Below are positions 13,301-28,448 of a stretch of DNA of 64,000 nt, one piece after another. The notes under the pieces are model-generated. The model saw only the letters and a program-made list of their open reading frames with translations, had not been told where the DNA came from and did not search any database. Numbering within the stretch: the first letter of the stretch is position 1; each line of letters opens with the position of its first letter. Both the position numbers and the translations under genes were made by a program. The DNA comes from Balanoglossus misakiensis (taxonomy: Eukaryota > Animalia > Hemichordata): the NCBI GenBank assembly GCA_040954595.2, contig CM082580.2, forward strand, positions 6,207,519 through 6,271,518, given 5' to 3'.

Positions 13301-15919
13301 TAGTTGAATAAACAAACAAATAAACATATAATTAGCCTTAAAACAAACAGCGACGAGGACTCGCCAGCAGTGTATCTAACCCATGACACCGAGGCGTCAA
13401 TAAAAATACTGGCCATGTGCAGAATGGGGCGACGGGGGCCGCTAACCCCGATCGATACTACAGCACAACAGCAGCTGTGAGGCGTTTATAGTGGCCAGCC
13501 TCGCCACATTCCTGCCACTTGATAAATTTTTAAGTAGTATCAAAACCATTCCTCTGTGTAAATGTTTACTTTTAAGGACAGCACCTGTTGTCTGGTGGCT
13601 TGGTCACGGGTTTCCAATGCAAATCGGTTCTCGTTTCTGTTTGTTTGACTTTACTTTTTAACCGTGTGCATGAAAGTATGCGATGTCACGTCCATTTCTT
13701 TCACCATAGACAGTATACTGTCTATGCTTTCACCAAACAGTGGATTTATTTCCGCGCGCTTTCGTACATTTGCGAGTCTCTCTCTCTTTCGCTCCCGAGC
13801 AGTTGAATTTTGACACGTATTTCATCACATTTTTATTGCAGCCTAATCACAAAAAGTCATTTGAACGAAATTAAATCAGCCTTGGGGTTTTACAATAATT
13901 AAAATTAAAGTTTGACGAAATCTGACCGTAACGGGAGGAATTCGCGTTCACCGGTCATATCCTGTTGGTTTAAAAGGGTTTATCAAAATTTGTTGTTTGG
14001 ACTAACTCCGCAAATGTTGACAGAAACACGACGCAATTGCGTTAAATCTATAATTAATACTTTTATCAGTGAGTGCGAGGTACGGAGCTGATTTGCACAC
14101 TGCATTCCGTCAGTTCGGTTTCGGTCTCCATGGCAGTCGATAATTGCTTCCCAAACGATCTGAAGATTATGAATTAACTACTTTGTGAGTGTATGTAATA
14201 ATAGGTTTATAACGCCACTTCTAAAGATAACTGCTTTGAAATTAAATATGAACTCCTCAGTGAAGTACCCGGATGATCGTAATGCGCAGCGTCCCCTACT
14301 ATATACTAACAACTCGGGGTGACGTCTTTCGACGTTTATACACGCGAAAAAAAAGTTTCAAAGGATCGCTGAGGGTAAAGTCATTGTTTTGATGTTTATT
14401 TCAATTGCACTCAAACAAGTAGTTGGGTTGTTTGATTGTTGGTCTAACGTACACGTGGTTTGTTTGGTCCAGGGTTTGAGCCATTCGTGATAGTCAGCAT
14501 TGTCGGACCGGTGTACCCACCCCTCTAATGCAACCCCTACCCGGACCCCCTCCCCTCCGTTCTGTCAGCGGTCGACGCCATACAGAAAGTTGGGAATTAA
14601 GCGGCGCCTATGAATCAAAGTTTAACTGTTTACCAAAACCGAGTAAATTAACAAACACGATGCAAATATTGTCTTTTCTTCAAATTTGAAGACAGCGTTT
14701 CGAAGACGTGGTTCCGTGGAAGCATTGGGGTCTCATTAATAACACTCAATGTGGAGAGAGATGTTCGCCCTGGGCGTGCGAAATGTTGTTTTGTTTGCCT
14801 AAGAGAAAGCTTCGAGTACATGGTGCAAACAGTTGTCGGCGCAAGAGCAAATACAGCCAATTATTCATGAGAAGATATCCCCGTATGCATAGTTTACACT
14901 CTCCAAGATTATACGTTACTTTGCAGTTTAATGCGCTCAAACAGGTGTAAATCACCATGTTGGCGGCGTTTCTGTTAAATCTCCAGACGGGGCAGCTGAG
15001 ACGCTCTGTACAAACAAAGGTTATTTACTGAAAGTTGTTTACCGTTATTTGTAGTAGCAGTGCGGGCACCACCACCATGACACAGCAGCGGGGGTAGTGT
15101 TTCTTCCCTGCACACGTTACGACCGTACAACATGGGACAGAAATTGTCGTTTGGTCAACCAGAAGCCCCACCATAACAGCGCAATTGTGTGTGTGGGGGG
15201 GGGGGGGGGGCTGTGGACCTAGGCAACTTTCCTGAAAGTACTAGTATACCTCAAGTCTGAGTTCCATCACGGTTAACAATGTCTTGCTCCGGGCAATGGA
15301 TAACCGGTTTGGGTTTCAAGGGTTACTTGACTTCCTCGCGAACATCACGCGTCAACGTTACCCCGGCCCCGGGGAATGGCTCACCCCTCAGTCGACCCCA
15401 ATCGCGGGAATCCCACCGTGTCCCGCGTGAGTTCACTGCGTGTAGGTTTTCTGTGACATAAAAACGTTCCAGTATTTAAGGCGAATTTTGATATGGAACA
15501 TAAACACAAAGACCAGATACATAATATCTTGACGTGCCCCCTTTAAATAATACTGTCGTTTATATAGTCATTCAGAGCGTCAACGGAGTGAAATAAACCC
15601 AGCAAATAAAATTTGCGAATGAAAAGAAAGTGATTTTGTCCATTACGATTTGTGTTTTCATTCCAGAGCTCAACTGCTTAATGTAGTGGAGTTGTATTAA
15701 CGCGAATAAATGTAGCGTAAAGGGTTCTTTTTTGTCGCTATTGATCTCAAGAATGCCCGACACACAATACTTACTTGGCGTTCAGAATTATATTAGTCTC
15801 ACGACAGTGACCTCGTGACCTCTTAAATATAATGCAATTTCCCCTTTGCTGATATGATGATGATGAACCTGATATTTATCATTTAGATAATTAAGTGTCT
15901 CCACCTTCTTTGTCTGCAG

Positions 15920-16249
15920 GTCTGATCCGCTGTTACTGCGATGCCCCCCATTGCGTGGAGTCTGGATACATGTGCAAATCGGATCGAGGTTGCTATTCGG
16001 AGTTCTCCGAGGAGAACGATTCCAAGTCGCGCCCGCTCGGCCACGGCTGCGTGGAGTCGCTAGAGACGATTGAGTTGTGCCAGTTGGACGTTGCCACGAC
16101 AACCCGAGCGCCGAACGGGACAGAGGAGGAGGAATCGGATCTGCGGTGGTCGGGTTTTCAGTGTTGTCGCGAGGACATGTGTAATTACAACAGTATGGTG
16201 GCGGAGCCGAGGATCGAGGTGCTGCCGAGCAACGCACAAGATATGGAAG
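15920..16249 (+). CDS. BAMBI: BAMBI coding exon 2 (activin-receptor-like ectodomain)
   Basis: Acceptor tgtctgcag|G; LIRCYCDAPHCVESGYMCKSDRGCYSE...CCREDMCNY; donor G|gtaagc at 16250. Confidence 0.95.
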
Positions 16250-19200
16250 GTAAGCTGATTTTTATATAGGCCGCGCTGTTTTCTCTCGAAAGCAGAGCAT
16301 TCTACTTCTGTCATCGTCTGCCCCGAGGTACTCGGCCGAGAAATCATCCTCTGCCGCGGAGATATATTGCGTGGGATGTCCGTCTTCTCAAAAACTAGGT
16401 CAGTTCGTCACCGTGGACTCGCGTTCCCCGCTATTCCCACTGCAATCAGCAGACACTCGCTACTGGCGACACTGTGATGGTTTTTGGCGAGTTGTCTGAG
16501 CGCAATAAATTTGTCAAAGTTCATTATGATTTCAAAAAGCAGCAACATGGGCAGTGCTTCCGAAACTGATTATACTTTTTTGTCACCAAGCGATCGTTTC
16601 CGTGGCAACAGACCGCGCAATTTACTGGATAACATATTGCTTTAGAAATTGATTCTCTAGTTTTTATCGGTTGTTGTATTAGTGCATAGCATTTAACAGG
16701 AAACTTTTGACACGAGAAAATTGAGAGATTCGCGCGCTGTCATCAATCGTGGCTCAGCCTCGAATGCATCGATACAGAATCCCGGCCTAGGATGCGGGTA
16801 TCCCACAATGCAAAGTGTCTGTGCTCTCGCTCAACTGACGGACCTATTGCTGAAATCGACAATATTTTCTGAACCAGCCAAATTGTGCATCCGCCGACTC
16901 GATTGACGCTCTCACCACAATAAGTCTTTTGAAGACCGTTAAACGCAGCACAAACCACACTGAATTACGGAACAAAAAATCGTGAAAATTTAAAAAGAAC
17001 GCCGAATCCACCAGAAGTTGTCGCTCCGAAATTAAACCGGAAGTCTGTCTGGCTTTCGGTTGCGAGGTACAAGGAAAAGCTCTCGCAGAACCTTTCAATG
17101 GATTTTACTTTTAGCTTGACAAAAGCAACGCGGCATTTTACTGAAAGTGTTAGCAGTTTCAAACGTTTTTGTTTCTAATGAGGGGAATGGATGGGGCGTT
17201 TAGATCAAGAGTCGTTCGCTGACGTTTATTTGGGAATTTCATTTCTGCAATAAAAGAAACGTGGAAGATCGAACTTGCTGCGGTGAGGTTTTCAATGATC
17301 GTTGTGTATATACAGGGAAAATGGAGAAGCCAGCGGAATTGCACAAGTGTTTAACGAGGAAGAGAGCTTGTTTGACCTTTGACCCTCCTATAAGTAAATT
17401 ACGATTCAAAGGGTTTTAGCGAGGCAGTAAAAACGCGTCTACATTACTTACAGTAAACGACGCCAGTATTCTGGCTGACAATGGCCAGGCATTTAGAAAG
17501 TTCAACAAAATTACGACTTCTTCAGAACATAGCTGTAGTATTTATCTATGAACCCGCGTCAGGGTGGCCGCCACATACAGTAATGCAAACAGTCATTAAA
17601 ATTAATTTTTGAAAGTTTTTCTCTTCTCTTGAGTTCGCTGTGTTCCATTACACAGCACGTTCTCAGCGACGGAGTCACTTCAGTTCATATCCTCTAACTG
17701 TTGTGTCGTAGTTTGTGCTGTGCTTTTGCACCGGCATTTTTTATACTGATGTTCTTAGTCACCCGACGGAAGTATGAGAACCCCAGCTTGTGCCAGTTTG
17801 CAGTGAGACTGAATATTGAGATGAGACACATTTTTATGGCGCGCATTCTTTGTCCTTTAATCATGAAAGTTGAATCCCCGTTTCGGGTCTGGTCGATCGA
17901 AAGGATTTATTTAAACACTCGCCTCGGGGTGGGATGTATGAATGTGTGTGTGTCACGGTGTGACTATTGTTGCAATTTTTGTGAGCACCGTTCGCACGTG
18001 ACACGCGGTCGATGTTTTGGTGCGGTGTCAGATAAAAGTGAAACTTCTCTACGCCCCCTGCCCGTCTCTCTCCCCTGCCACTTAAAACATTGTACCGCTT
18101 TCCGACAGATTTCCGTATTAGAACTGAAAACCTGCAGAATTCACTCTCCTAGCAAAGTCGATAATCGTGTGAGCCTCAGTCACAGCGGCAGCTGTGGACC
18201 CGGGTTTTTGCAAATGGCAATGAATTAATTACACGGAACCGCGGTTTAATAATATTGCCCTCCCGACATCGGGAGGTGACGCTAGCTCCCGAATCTGAAT
18301 CCAAAACAAGCAGAAGCGGCGTCACGTGACCAGCCATCCTTTCCCCCCTTGCATTATACATGTACTTTGTTTGAGTTCCGCGATAATGACGACTGGCTGA
18401 CTACAACTTTTCCTGGCAGCTGTTCCACGTTTCCTGGACTGCACTAAAATATCCCGGCTCTGCATCTGTGACCAGAGCATTAGGCTTACACGCACTGATA
18501 CGTGAAAGGATATCCCCCCCCCCCCTCAAATCATATTACCCCAACCATCGCAGAGACTTTCATAACGAGACCAATATGTTAGGTAGACAATGCTTCTAAT
18601 TTATTGATTCTATAAAATATGGTATCACTTTGTGTGTGCAAAAAATTCACTTGACTCGAGTGTATAAAATCTGTCGAGTGTCACGGCGGAATAAACAGTT
18701 CAATTGCCACGGAGTTTGCATTGCATTTTTAGATACCGGGACTTTCAATATTTAACCCGTCTTTCTCCAGTTTATCGAAATTTGAGATTTTCAACTCGTA
18801 AAAGCCATTTATCTGAGAGAGTATACCTCTCAGAGCGAAAGAGCGCATCCATTTGACGCCGACCTACAATCGAGAATCTTTCAATCAAAATTTCCATTAG
18901 AAATCGTTTCGACCTCAACTCGACGCTTAGGAGAACTTTAGCTTCCGCGTGAAAAAAAAAAAGTTCGTCTGGACCGGTTTCCCGCTGGTTTATTTTGTCG
19001 CCATCTGAAAAGTACCAGAGTCGTAGAATTACCATCTCTTAAAGCGAACAGATGACCGCTCAAAGCTATGTTACCCGATACTCCAACCGGTTACAGCATC
19101 TGCATACTAAATAAGGGAAGGGGTGCAAAATATGCCTGAAAAGCATTTTAAACCCAAAAAACTGTCTATTATCCGCTTTTATAAAAGAAAATTCAGTCTC

Positions 19201-22200
19201 TAACAGACTACAGCGTCTATTCCTGGGCGCCGGAAACTTTCTCTAAAAACATACTCGCCTTGAGATTTATGAGCAGCGTCAGTCCAGGCAGACAAGAAGC
19301 CCATGCGTTTTAGGTCATTATTGACGCATGCGCAGATGATTGCAAAGAAGGAATAATATTTTATCGGATATTTTTGTAGCGTCGTGTACTACGTGGTTGG
19401 TTACATGAGACGCAAAGGAATGCGCAATCTTCAAATTTTAAATGCAAACACAACCAGGTCAACAGGCTTTCAAGATGCGTTTAATAGTCAAATATTACAA
19501 TATTTGCATTTAATTATATCGCATAACTGAAAGCAGTCTCCATCGAAAGTTACATTTACTGTCTGCGCGCGACTTATAAATGATTGACAGGTCAGTTTTC
19601 AGTCAGACTCGACCCAGCCCCATCCATTCAGTAATTTTTTGGCGTACAGTGACTCGGTGGAGCTGACACAGCACTAGTATCTCTCACTACATAGTATAAG
19701 TACGAAATCAGCATCTACGGCCAGCTCGCGCCAGTTACTAGTTTGCCGCCAAAATGTTTTGAAAGACGAGAAGTGCAACACATGCACGTGTTGCTACTTT
19801 TATGTCTCTTCCTTAGGTTTTTTCCCCAACCATCGTGGCAAGACAAGTACATAAACTATTGATTGCTCGTCGTGATGTCAGCAATTTCTGCCTGCATGTG
19901 TCTGTCTGTCGTTGATCGTCATCGGTTACTATGGTAACGACTGCCTGGTTTGTTCTCTTTCTGGTGACTTCGCTGTCTCCAGATTTCCTGCGGCCCCTCA
20001 CGTGTGTCGTTCTCTCTCTCACAGTCTCTTTGTATTCAAACGGGCCGGCAACTGTTGAATCCGCTTCGCGCCTTCACAATGGGGTAGGCTGTTTCCTTTC
20101 AAACATCTTGCCAAACGTTGGCATCCTACGATCGCTGCACCGAAGCTGCTGAATAATAAACGAGATATCACTTTGATGCGAAAGCATCGTCCATTTGATG
20201 ATTTGTGTATTGATGTTTGCCAGGGGAGATATAAACTCGATCAGACACGAATAGTCGATCTTCTTTAAAGAATCTGAATCCTCTCCGAGTCTAAAGAAAG
20301 CGCGCCTGGGCAACTTTTGTCCCGTTCGCTTCGTGAGCGTAAATAAAAAAAAGAAACAAAAATTGCATTTATGCAACGAGCTTTGCGATTTTAGTTTTAC
20401 GTCCACGGGAGTATTTCGCACGAGTTTGATAAACCGGGAAGGGGATTAAAAGTAACTTTACTGGAGGCAAGATTAATTCCGTAACGGTTCCGCGCACAGC
20501 TATATGGTTGCCTATAAGAAGAATAACCCGGTCATTACTCACGCGTCTTTTTCGACGCTGAAACGCAATTACGCAGAGTCTGAAAGTTCTTCGCAAAATA
20601 TGGCTAATCGTCATACGCGGCATAGGTGCGCTTTCTATGAGGGGAGAATTCCTGCGAGTGGCTGAACTAAAGGGAAAACAAGTAGATGTAATGACTATAC
20701 ACGTCGCTGTTTTTCTCTCCATCAACTTGGAAATGAGGGTCGATTGTTCGAAATGTCTACATTCTTTTGTCCAGAGCAATTTCGGTTTTGCCTGCGATGC
20801 TCGACCGGGGACGCCAGTCTGAATGCGTCTCGCTCACACACACAAAAAGGCAAGGAATTTAATTTAATATCGGCAACTAATATGCATGCGTCATCCTTCC
20901 CGTCGGTTTCCAAAGTTTGCGTCGTAATTGCCGAAACTCTTGAGTTAAAAGAAGAAACACGCCTCTGCGCCTATTGAGAGCGAGCGGTGGGCGCTGACTG
21001 CAACGATAATTGGATCCCAATAGTAAATGCGATTAGTGGTTTATTTCAGGGACAGACATTGGGGGGGGGACCTTCCAACAAGGATGGGTGATGTACAATA
21101 AACATCACCGGACATTTGTGTGACAAGACCCATTTCTGGAATATTTGAACGGTGGTGGTATAGGCCTACTGTTCTATCGGGGCGTGTGATGAATTCTGAT
21201 GAGGACACGAAATGCAAAGTGGATTGTGGTTCAAGTCTAACTCTTGTAATCTGCCGGTCTTGTATTAGTTAATTTGCTAATAATCCGGTGTTACTGTCGT
21301 GTATTACATATATTTCTTAAACAATTTTTCTCTTTCTCGTTAATGTTGTATTTTCATTTGATTTTTAAGGCGGTGAACTCGCACATTCAAAACTTATGGA
21401 ACACACAACTCCTCGTTCAGATAAAAAATGCATCGTTGTATTTTTAAGGACCACTTCCACCGCCTCAGGTGGTGAAACCCGCCAAAGCGAACCCGCGCGA
21501 CATTGTAGTCCTCTTTCCACGAAACGCGGACGAGAGCGCGCGCGTTGGTTACCGTAAAGAGGTAATGGTTTACGACCGTAAAATGCCGATAAATTTTAAT
21601 CCGCTCCTTCACTCTGACCACACCCCTGCTTCAGGTTTCTGCGGATTTTAACAATCCACTTGATATTATAGTACTGTCCATTATCTAACAATTAGAGAAA
21701 CTAGGAGGCGAGCTCTGGCAAAGCGTACCAAATATCAGTAAATTCAAAGCCCCATCTTTCGGCTCGGAGAATATTCCATCCATGCAATCAACTTCCGCGC
21801 AATCATTCAGAAATTTGCTGGGTATCAGATCAGACGAAACTTTAACCGAGCTTAGACATGCGATGGACGTACGTACCATTTATTTGATACATCTTTTTAC
21901 TGCATCAACGCTAAAGCCCCGTGGAGTTCTCGGCGCCGAGATGAAATGACACGGCATTATACTCCAATTGGAAATTTATTTTTCGCGGAGAATATTGCAA
22001 TAGACGGCCGTGTAATCAATCTCACCAGTGACGCCACTCTGTCGTACATATTAGATCTCACGGATTCGTAGCTCTATTTTGCTCTTTTCCGTCTTAATTG
22101 AAAAAACGAGAGAGACGTGAAAATTCGTTAAAAATTTATAACTTAAAAGCATGTTTACCACTGGTTATTCTCCAAACAGAAACTCGAAATTCATATTTCC

Positions 22201-25200
22201 GGTTGTATGCCGCGGCTCTCTGTTTCAGACTGCAACGCTGGCTGAATAACCACAGAGCAGTTAAATTGTATATTATGAAATGGGTCTATTTTGGCATATG
22301 GGCTCTATTATTTCCGCAATTCCTGTTCGACCGAATATTTTTTTAACTCATCTTGTCGCGGTTCCTGAACCTTGACGAGTTGTAGGTCGAGTTTCAGTCA
22401 CGAATTTATTGTCGTTTGACACATAAAGGTTTGGCGCCAGAACTTCTGCGCAGACGACATCGACTGAGTGCAAGCTCGTGGCAATCAGCAAGCGGGAGTA
22501 ACGCCGTTAACGCCCCGATTCAAAACTGCGGGGAAACTTGCAACGCAGCATGCAACAGGGCACTTAATTGGCAAATATTGGTTTCTAGAAATATCAACCC
22601 CCAAATTGTCCGTGTGTTAATGCGTGCTTTATTCGGGGGCGGGGGATTGGGCATGTTAGACGTATATGGCCACGGAACAACGTCGAGCATAGCTTTTTAT
22701 TATGACCCGCCCCTTAAGCGGATTTTTTGCTTCTTTCAGAGAGATTCTCACGCGAATTGGGTCAACTCTCGCCGCATGCAACCTGGAGGCTTCTCTGTGC
22801 CCATTCCGCGGTGACGTCACTCGCGACGATGATACATATTCCAGCTAACATCAGCTTGTGACGTCAGCTTGTAATACGTCGTATCGGACATATAGGAGAG
22901 AAATACGTCTTTTCGTTCATACACACAATCATTCAAAACATGAATCTTGCATGATCACAGCTTCACGGTCGTCTCTGTAGCTCATTTAGATTAACCCCGA
23001 GTAGAAAAATGGGCTCGCCTCTCCAATCAAGATGTGTCAGGTCTCGTTGGTATGGGGATGAATAAAGAGCAGACGACGCAGTCCATCTTTCCAATATTGA
23101 ACCTCCTTTACACTGAACTCTTCTCAGGTTCAAATGGAAATAATTTTCTTTGCCACAACACCGCCAGTTAGTCCGGGAATATAGCTTGGTTCAAATCCGC
23201 ATTCTTTTAACAAAGCTTATGGGCCGATATAAAGTTAACCTTATTCTTGCGGAGGCGGGAATGTTCATAGGGTGTTGGAATATTTTAGTAATTTTGTCTG
23301 TTTGTTTCACTTTTCGGATTTCAGAATATAAGGCCTTTGTAATATGCTGATGCGATGCACACCGTTGGCCACAAGCCACAAATCGTCTCTTCAAATGAAT
23401 CTTGAGATGTGTGGGGTTGTCATGGAAAACATTTTATCTTCTTTAGATATAGAAGTAAGATACCGCGCGGGAAATATCGCCAACCGTCAGGGGACTGCGA
23501 TCGTTTGCCAGCGCTCCGCTGTTTTTTGCCAATGACTGCTTTTTTCATTTGGGCGCAAAATTGAGCACAGACGATAACATTTGACTCGCTTCAGTAGTTC
23601 GATCTATTCTGGTGAAGAGTCCAGACGACTGAAAATTTGCCTGACGCCAGTACCTGACAGCGCGCGGCAGACTGGCAGATGAGCAGACGAAGTGTGTGGA
23701 TGTCTGCTGGGAATTAAAGCTGGGAAATCTTGATACAAGGTTTCTTTTGAGTCGCTCTCTGCTTCCATTCATCGTTTATTTTGGCAGGAAAGTCAACGAA
23801 ATGGAATGGGGAGGCTTTTCTTTTGTTTAACACGCGAAAACAAAGGAGTCCGCCGAACGAGGGAAAGCTATATAAGTCCATGAAAACTTAATGGCATCTG
23901 AGTTGTTTTCCGTGAGGAGGGGGGGGGGTGATTGATGAGCCGGGGAAGGGCGGTATTTGATCGATCGATCGTCTCCCGTCTGCTGTTGTAAGTATGCTCG
24001 ATAACGGCATCTCGTAAGATTGTTGTCGAAACTGACAGGCCATACAGCTTGGTTGGCGACTGAAAACGTCAAAACAGTCAGACAGTGGACATAGGTGGTG
24101 CGTTTATACCGTTTTGCGGGGCAGGGATTGAAATTCTCAATTGAAAATGTTGTTTTACCTTCCTGGCGCTGAATTCCGTTTCCTCTTCGTGAAGACACGA
24201 TGTCTGGTGCAAAATTGGCGAGTGTGGCGGGTTTTTCATGAGCATACGATTGACTTCACTGGCGAATGCCCAGGCGACGGGTCTTCAGTTTACATTATCC
24301 TTTTCCGCGTACATTTCAAAACCACCCAACATAAAAAAACTAAAAAAAAAACTATAAAAGTATATGGGTCGACTGTTGGTTTATACCATTGTTGGGGGCA
24401 CAATTGATCAGAAGCAGGGAAGGGGAATATTTTAGTCTCAAAAGGCCATTATGGTAATTAAAGCTCAATTAAAATTGTCGTGCAAACTCGTTAACTCGTT
24501 TTGAAGATGTCTTACTGGTATTTGTTTTTCTAATTGACTATACTAGAAAGCCCTTGTACAAGGCCGGGTCTCACTAAATCTCTTTTTGTCGCCAAACCCC
24601 GCTTATAGTAAATAGTCTTCTACATGTATTTTTTTATTATTTGTGAAACCCGAAGCCATCCCCGCGTGGCACTGGCAGAGACCTGCCGTGGTAAAGATTC
24701 TGTTGTCCATGCCCACGCAACGGACCAACACGAATTTAGTCGAGCGCCACCGAAGATATAATTTCAGTGACTTTACGATATGGTACATTTTTGCTATAAA
24801 CAGTGGATACCCCCGAAATTTCTCAAAACCTTGCACTCTTTCTCTGTCTCCCCGTCTGGTAAGCTTACTTTTAGGCCTCTAGACATTACTGGTATGTGCT
24901 ACAAGGGCCCTTATGCCGGATTTGTGTGTCTCGTTTACATTCCGGACTTTTTTGTTCGCCATTGTTGAAATCGACTAACTTTCGGAACAGATTCTTCGAC
25001 ATTTGTCAAAAGGAAGGGTGTACCGCGCCGGTGTCGCACCGGGGTAATCCCTTTAAACGCCTTGTTTGTTTTTCCCCTTTATTTCCACACAGACCCGCTG
25101 TTTGTTGTGTGCTTCGGGGGCTGTGCCTCCGACGAACAAAAATAAGACCCCCATTTAGAACCAGTCAATTGAAATCCCGTGTGTTGACAAAGACAGTGAT

Positions 25201-28200
25201 GGTCCATCGGGCTAAAAGAAAACACGGCTCTTCTGTGTCCACTCACCCTGACAAGAAGCCAGCGAATGTCTTAAAGAAATTCCTCTTAACGTCGTCTTGT
25301 CTTGGCACAAAAACCCCACTTCTTGTCTTCTCAAGTGAAAGCCCATTGCCCGCCGTTGGAAAACTTCTTAAATACAGACCCTACTGAGCGATAAGGGGAA
25401 AACGACCCGGTTCCATTAGAACTTAAGTGCTCTGTCGGCCACAAAGAAAACACGAAATTCCAACGATATATGTAGAAAAACAGTTCCGTAAAAAATGACA
25501 GGGTGAATTTATACGTTAAGTTAAAATTCAATATTAAGTGTCGTGATACTTTTATCAACAACCATGTCATAAGAACACTTTCATTCTGTGATCAATGAAA
25601 TGTGTCCTGACGGTAACTGTCCCTAATTTATTAGACTGGGAAGCGCTGGATGTTGTCGTAAAATTAACTGATATCATCTCTGATGTTTTTAGTAAAAGTT
25701 ACACGCTGTCAGTATGCGTACAGTTGCACGGTTACACATCAACCAGTAATCATTGAAAGGGCCGGCCCGGACCGTTCTACCGCGCGACGGAAAGTCTATT
25801 AAACAAACCACGCACTCGTTCTTTCATTAAGGGCCCTTCTCAAGAGGTGCTTGTTTTTCAAAAAATAATTCACATATGTGGTGAATTCTGTTGAGCCCGG
25901 GCGAGTATTACATTTGTCATCGATTACGGTTGCCTTGGAAACCATGATCCCGTTCGATGGCTTTTATCACCGGTTGGCATCGGGGTCCGCCTGAAATACT
26001 GCCACACGGATGAGAAAGATGAAACTACGAAATATTGTGTTATACGCGACAGTCTCTTAGGAGACTTGTAGAGCACGCCGGGACGATTAATTTTCCAAAT
26101 TACACTTTTCGTGACCCTTAGCATGTCGAAGCGAACAGAATACACAAGTTCCACGGCAAATATACACAGAAAGAGTGGTGAGCACGTTTCGTTGGCATGG
26201 TTGATTGATCGTGGCGTATACAGGTCACTGAATCCGCAGTTGCACTTCGCTGATTCTAGCGAAAGTGTTCGCCGAACTTAGCAGGTTTTTTTTTGCTTGT
26301 GGTTGGTTGCCTATGGTTATTTTTGCACGTAGAAAATGATCACTTTTTGTCTCGTTTTTTATAATTTAAGCAGCTCTTTCCGGAAAACCCTCAACTCGAC
26401 ATAAGGGTATTGTCATTTCTTGTTTTTATAGGTAACAAATCGTTAGACTCATTTTCTAGTGGCAGAGAGAGGGAGGGACTTGAGAGAGAAATCGTACATT
26501 CTGTCGTCAAAACATGTATATGAATTCAAACGTCCAACATTTATGTACATTTAGTTACCCCCCCCCCCCATATTGCCGTGAACGTCAGGTACAATTTCAA
26601 TCCAAAATTCGGTGTCGTTAGCAAATATTATGCCAACGCCTACAGGGCGCCATTTTACCTCATTGATAGTTATCAAAACTGACTTGCAAAGATGGCCTGC
26701 AAAATAGTCATTCCGTCACTAAAATGGGAAAATATCGAACGCCTGACAACAAAACATCAATACTGGTGAAGAAGAAACCGTTACCGACTTAAATGAATAC
26801 TAGTAATGCCAACGAAGATTACTGTCCCCCATCTACGGGTTGTGACGTCACGTACAATGAGTGATCGTGGAGACACGCTGTCCAGGATGACATTAAAACC
26901 AAGGTTCTGCTTTTCAATAATTTATCCTCGCACGCATTCTTTATGGCTTATTTAGAAACGGGCTGCTATTCCGCCCGTGTTATCTCTCGCACACAGCCGT
27001 GGCTGGCTCGACTCGCCGTATCTGTGCTCAATTAGATTAGACAGGGCGCGGCGAAACCAACAGTCAATACTTCGTCCCAGACTTCTGTTTGGAAAGCGCT
27101 CGTTCGGCGTCGACACCAGCGATTGTGCAGCCAGTCCAAATTGACACACGCAGTTGGTCTGTTAATAAGAGATAAGACCACATCCTTGTATATAAGGTTT
27201 CGGGTTCCATTTTTACCTGCCTTCGTTCTTTTGTAGACGAATAGACTGCGTAAGCATTTCATGGAAACGCTAATTTAGACATGGCGCCAGTCACGTGACA
27301 AATATAAAGTTTCCTCCAGCGCGTGGAGATTTGTTTTAAACATCCCCACCCCCACCCGAAGATATGTCATCGTTGGCATTACCAACAGCACGTGAACGCA
27401 TCCAAATCTGATGAAATTGTTGCGTTCTGAAACCGTCCTTTAACCAGTTTTAATGTGGACTGGAACGGTTACAGTAGGCCCGGCCTAACAGCTGCAGCAC
27501 GAGAAAGTACTTTATATAGTTTGGCAAGCTTTTTTCACAATACGGCTCCAAACTCCAATGATAAGCACTCTCGGTGACGCAGTCAATATGCAGTCAACAG
27601 AGCGAAAACAATCAATCCCGGGCGAGTTCGATTCCCGCCTTAAAAATCACCACAAAATTTCCCGCCAATTTCAGAAAACGGTCGACATCTCCCAAATCGC
27701 CGTCGACAAGTCCCATCAAAATAATGTGTCGAATTATTAAAAATTTAATACCTATATTGAAACTGCCGAGAGACTTATGAGCATAAGGTAAACGACTTGG
27801 AGATTAGGGTCGTTGGAAAAACCGAATAAAACGTGATCGTCTTCGGCACATCTACCTTCTTTATTCGAGGACTTTGCCGTCGCCATGGGCATAATTCGAA
27901 ACTGTTTAGTCCATTGCCATGGCAACAGGTAGTCATGTTACTCGGTTGTTTCTTATACCTGTGCTATCGTGTTCCTAATTCCATCAAGATCCAGGCTATC
28001 GGATTAGCCTCGCTCAGTTTTGTTCCGTTTTATCGATTAAATTAGCCTTCGTAATTTGGGGTTTCAATTGGATTTTTCTTAGATTTCGCGACACGGACCT
28101 CTTTTAAAGTATTTGTCCGATATAAATACCAGTTTTTTTAAATTCAATTTGAACTCTTATTTTTCAATTAGTGGTAATTTGGCCTCCACTTCTTGTTGAA

Positions 28201-28448
28201 GTTGTGAACGAACTCGTATTTGGCCATTGGCGAGTTTTGTGATATTCCTACTGGTTTCTCGTGCTTCTGCGTATATGTATTCATTTGTCAAGTCGGCGCA
28301 TGTACAGAAATTATTGTCTTGCCAGGGAAGAGGTGAATGAATGTCTAATGAAAGCGAAAGACATTTAACATATAAACAACAGTCATAGACATATGGGGGG
28401 GGGAACGTTTTATTACAGCTTATAGAACATAGCTGTCATTCAGGTTTA

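Noticed and set aside
15767-15780. atacttacttggc, resembling a U1 5' end
   Set aside because: No U1 body follows; it is only a reverse-strand 5' splice-site-like sequence
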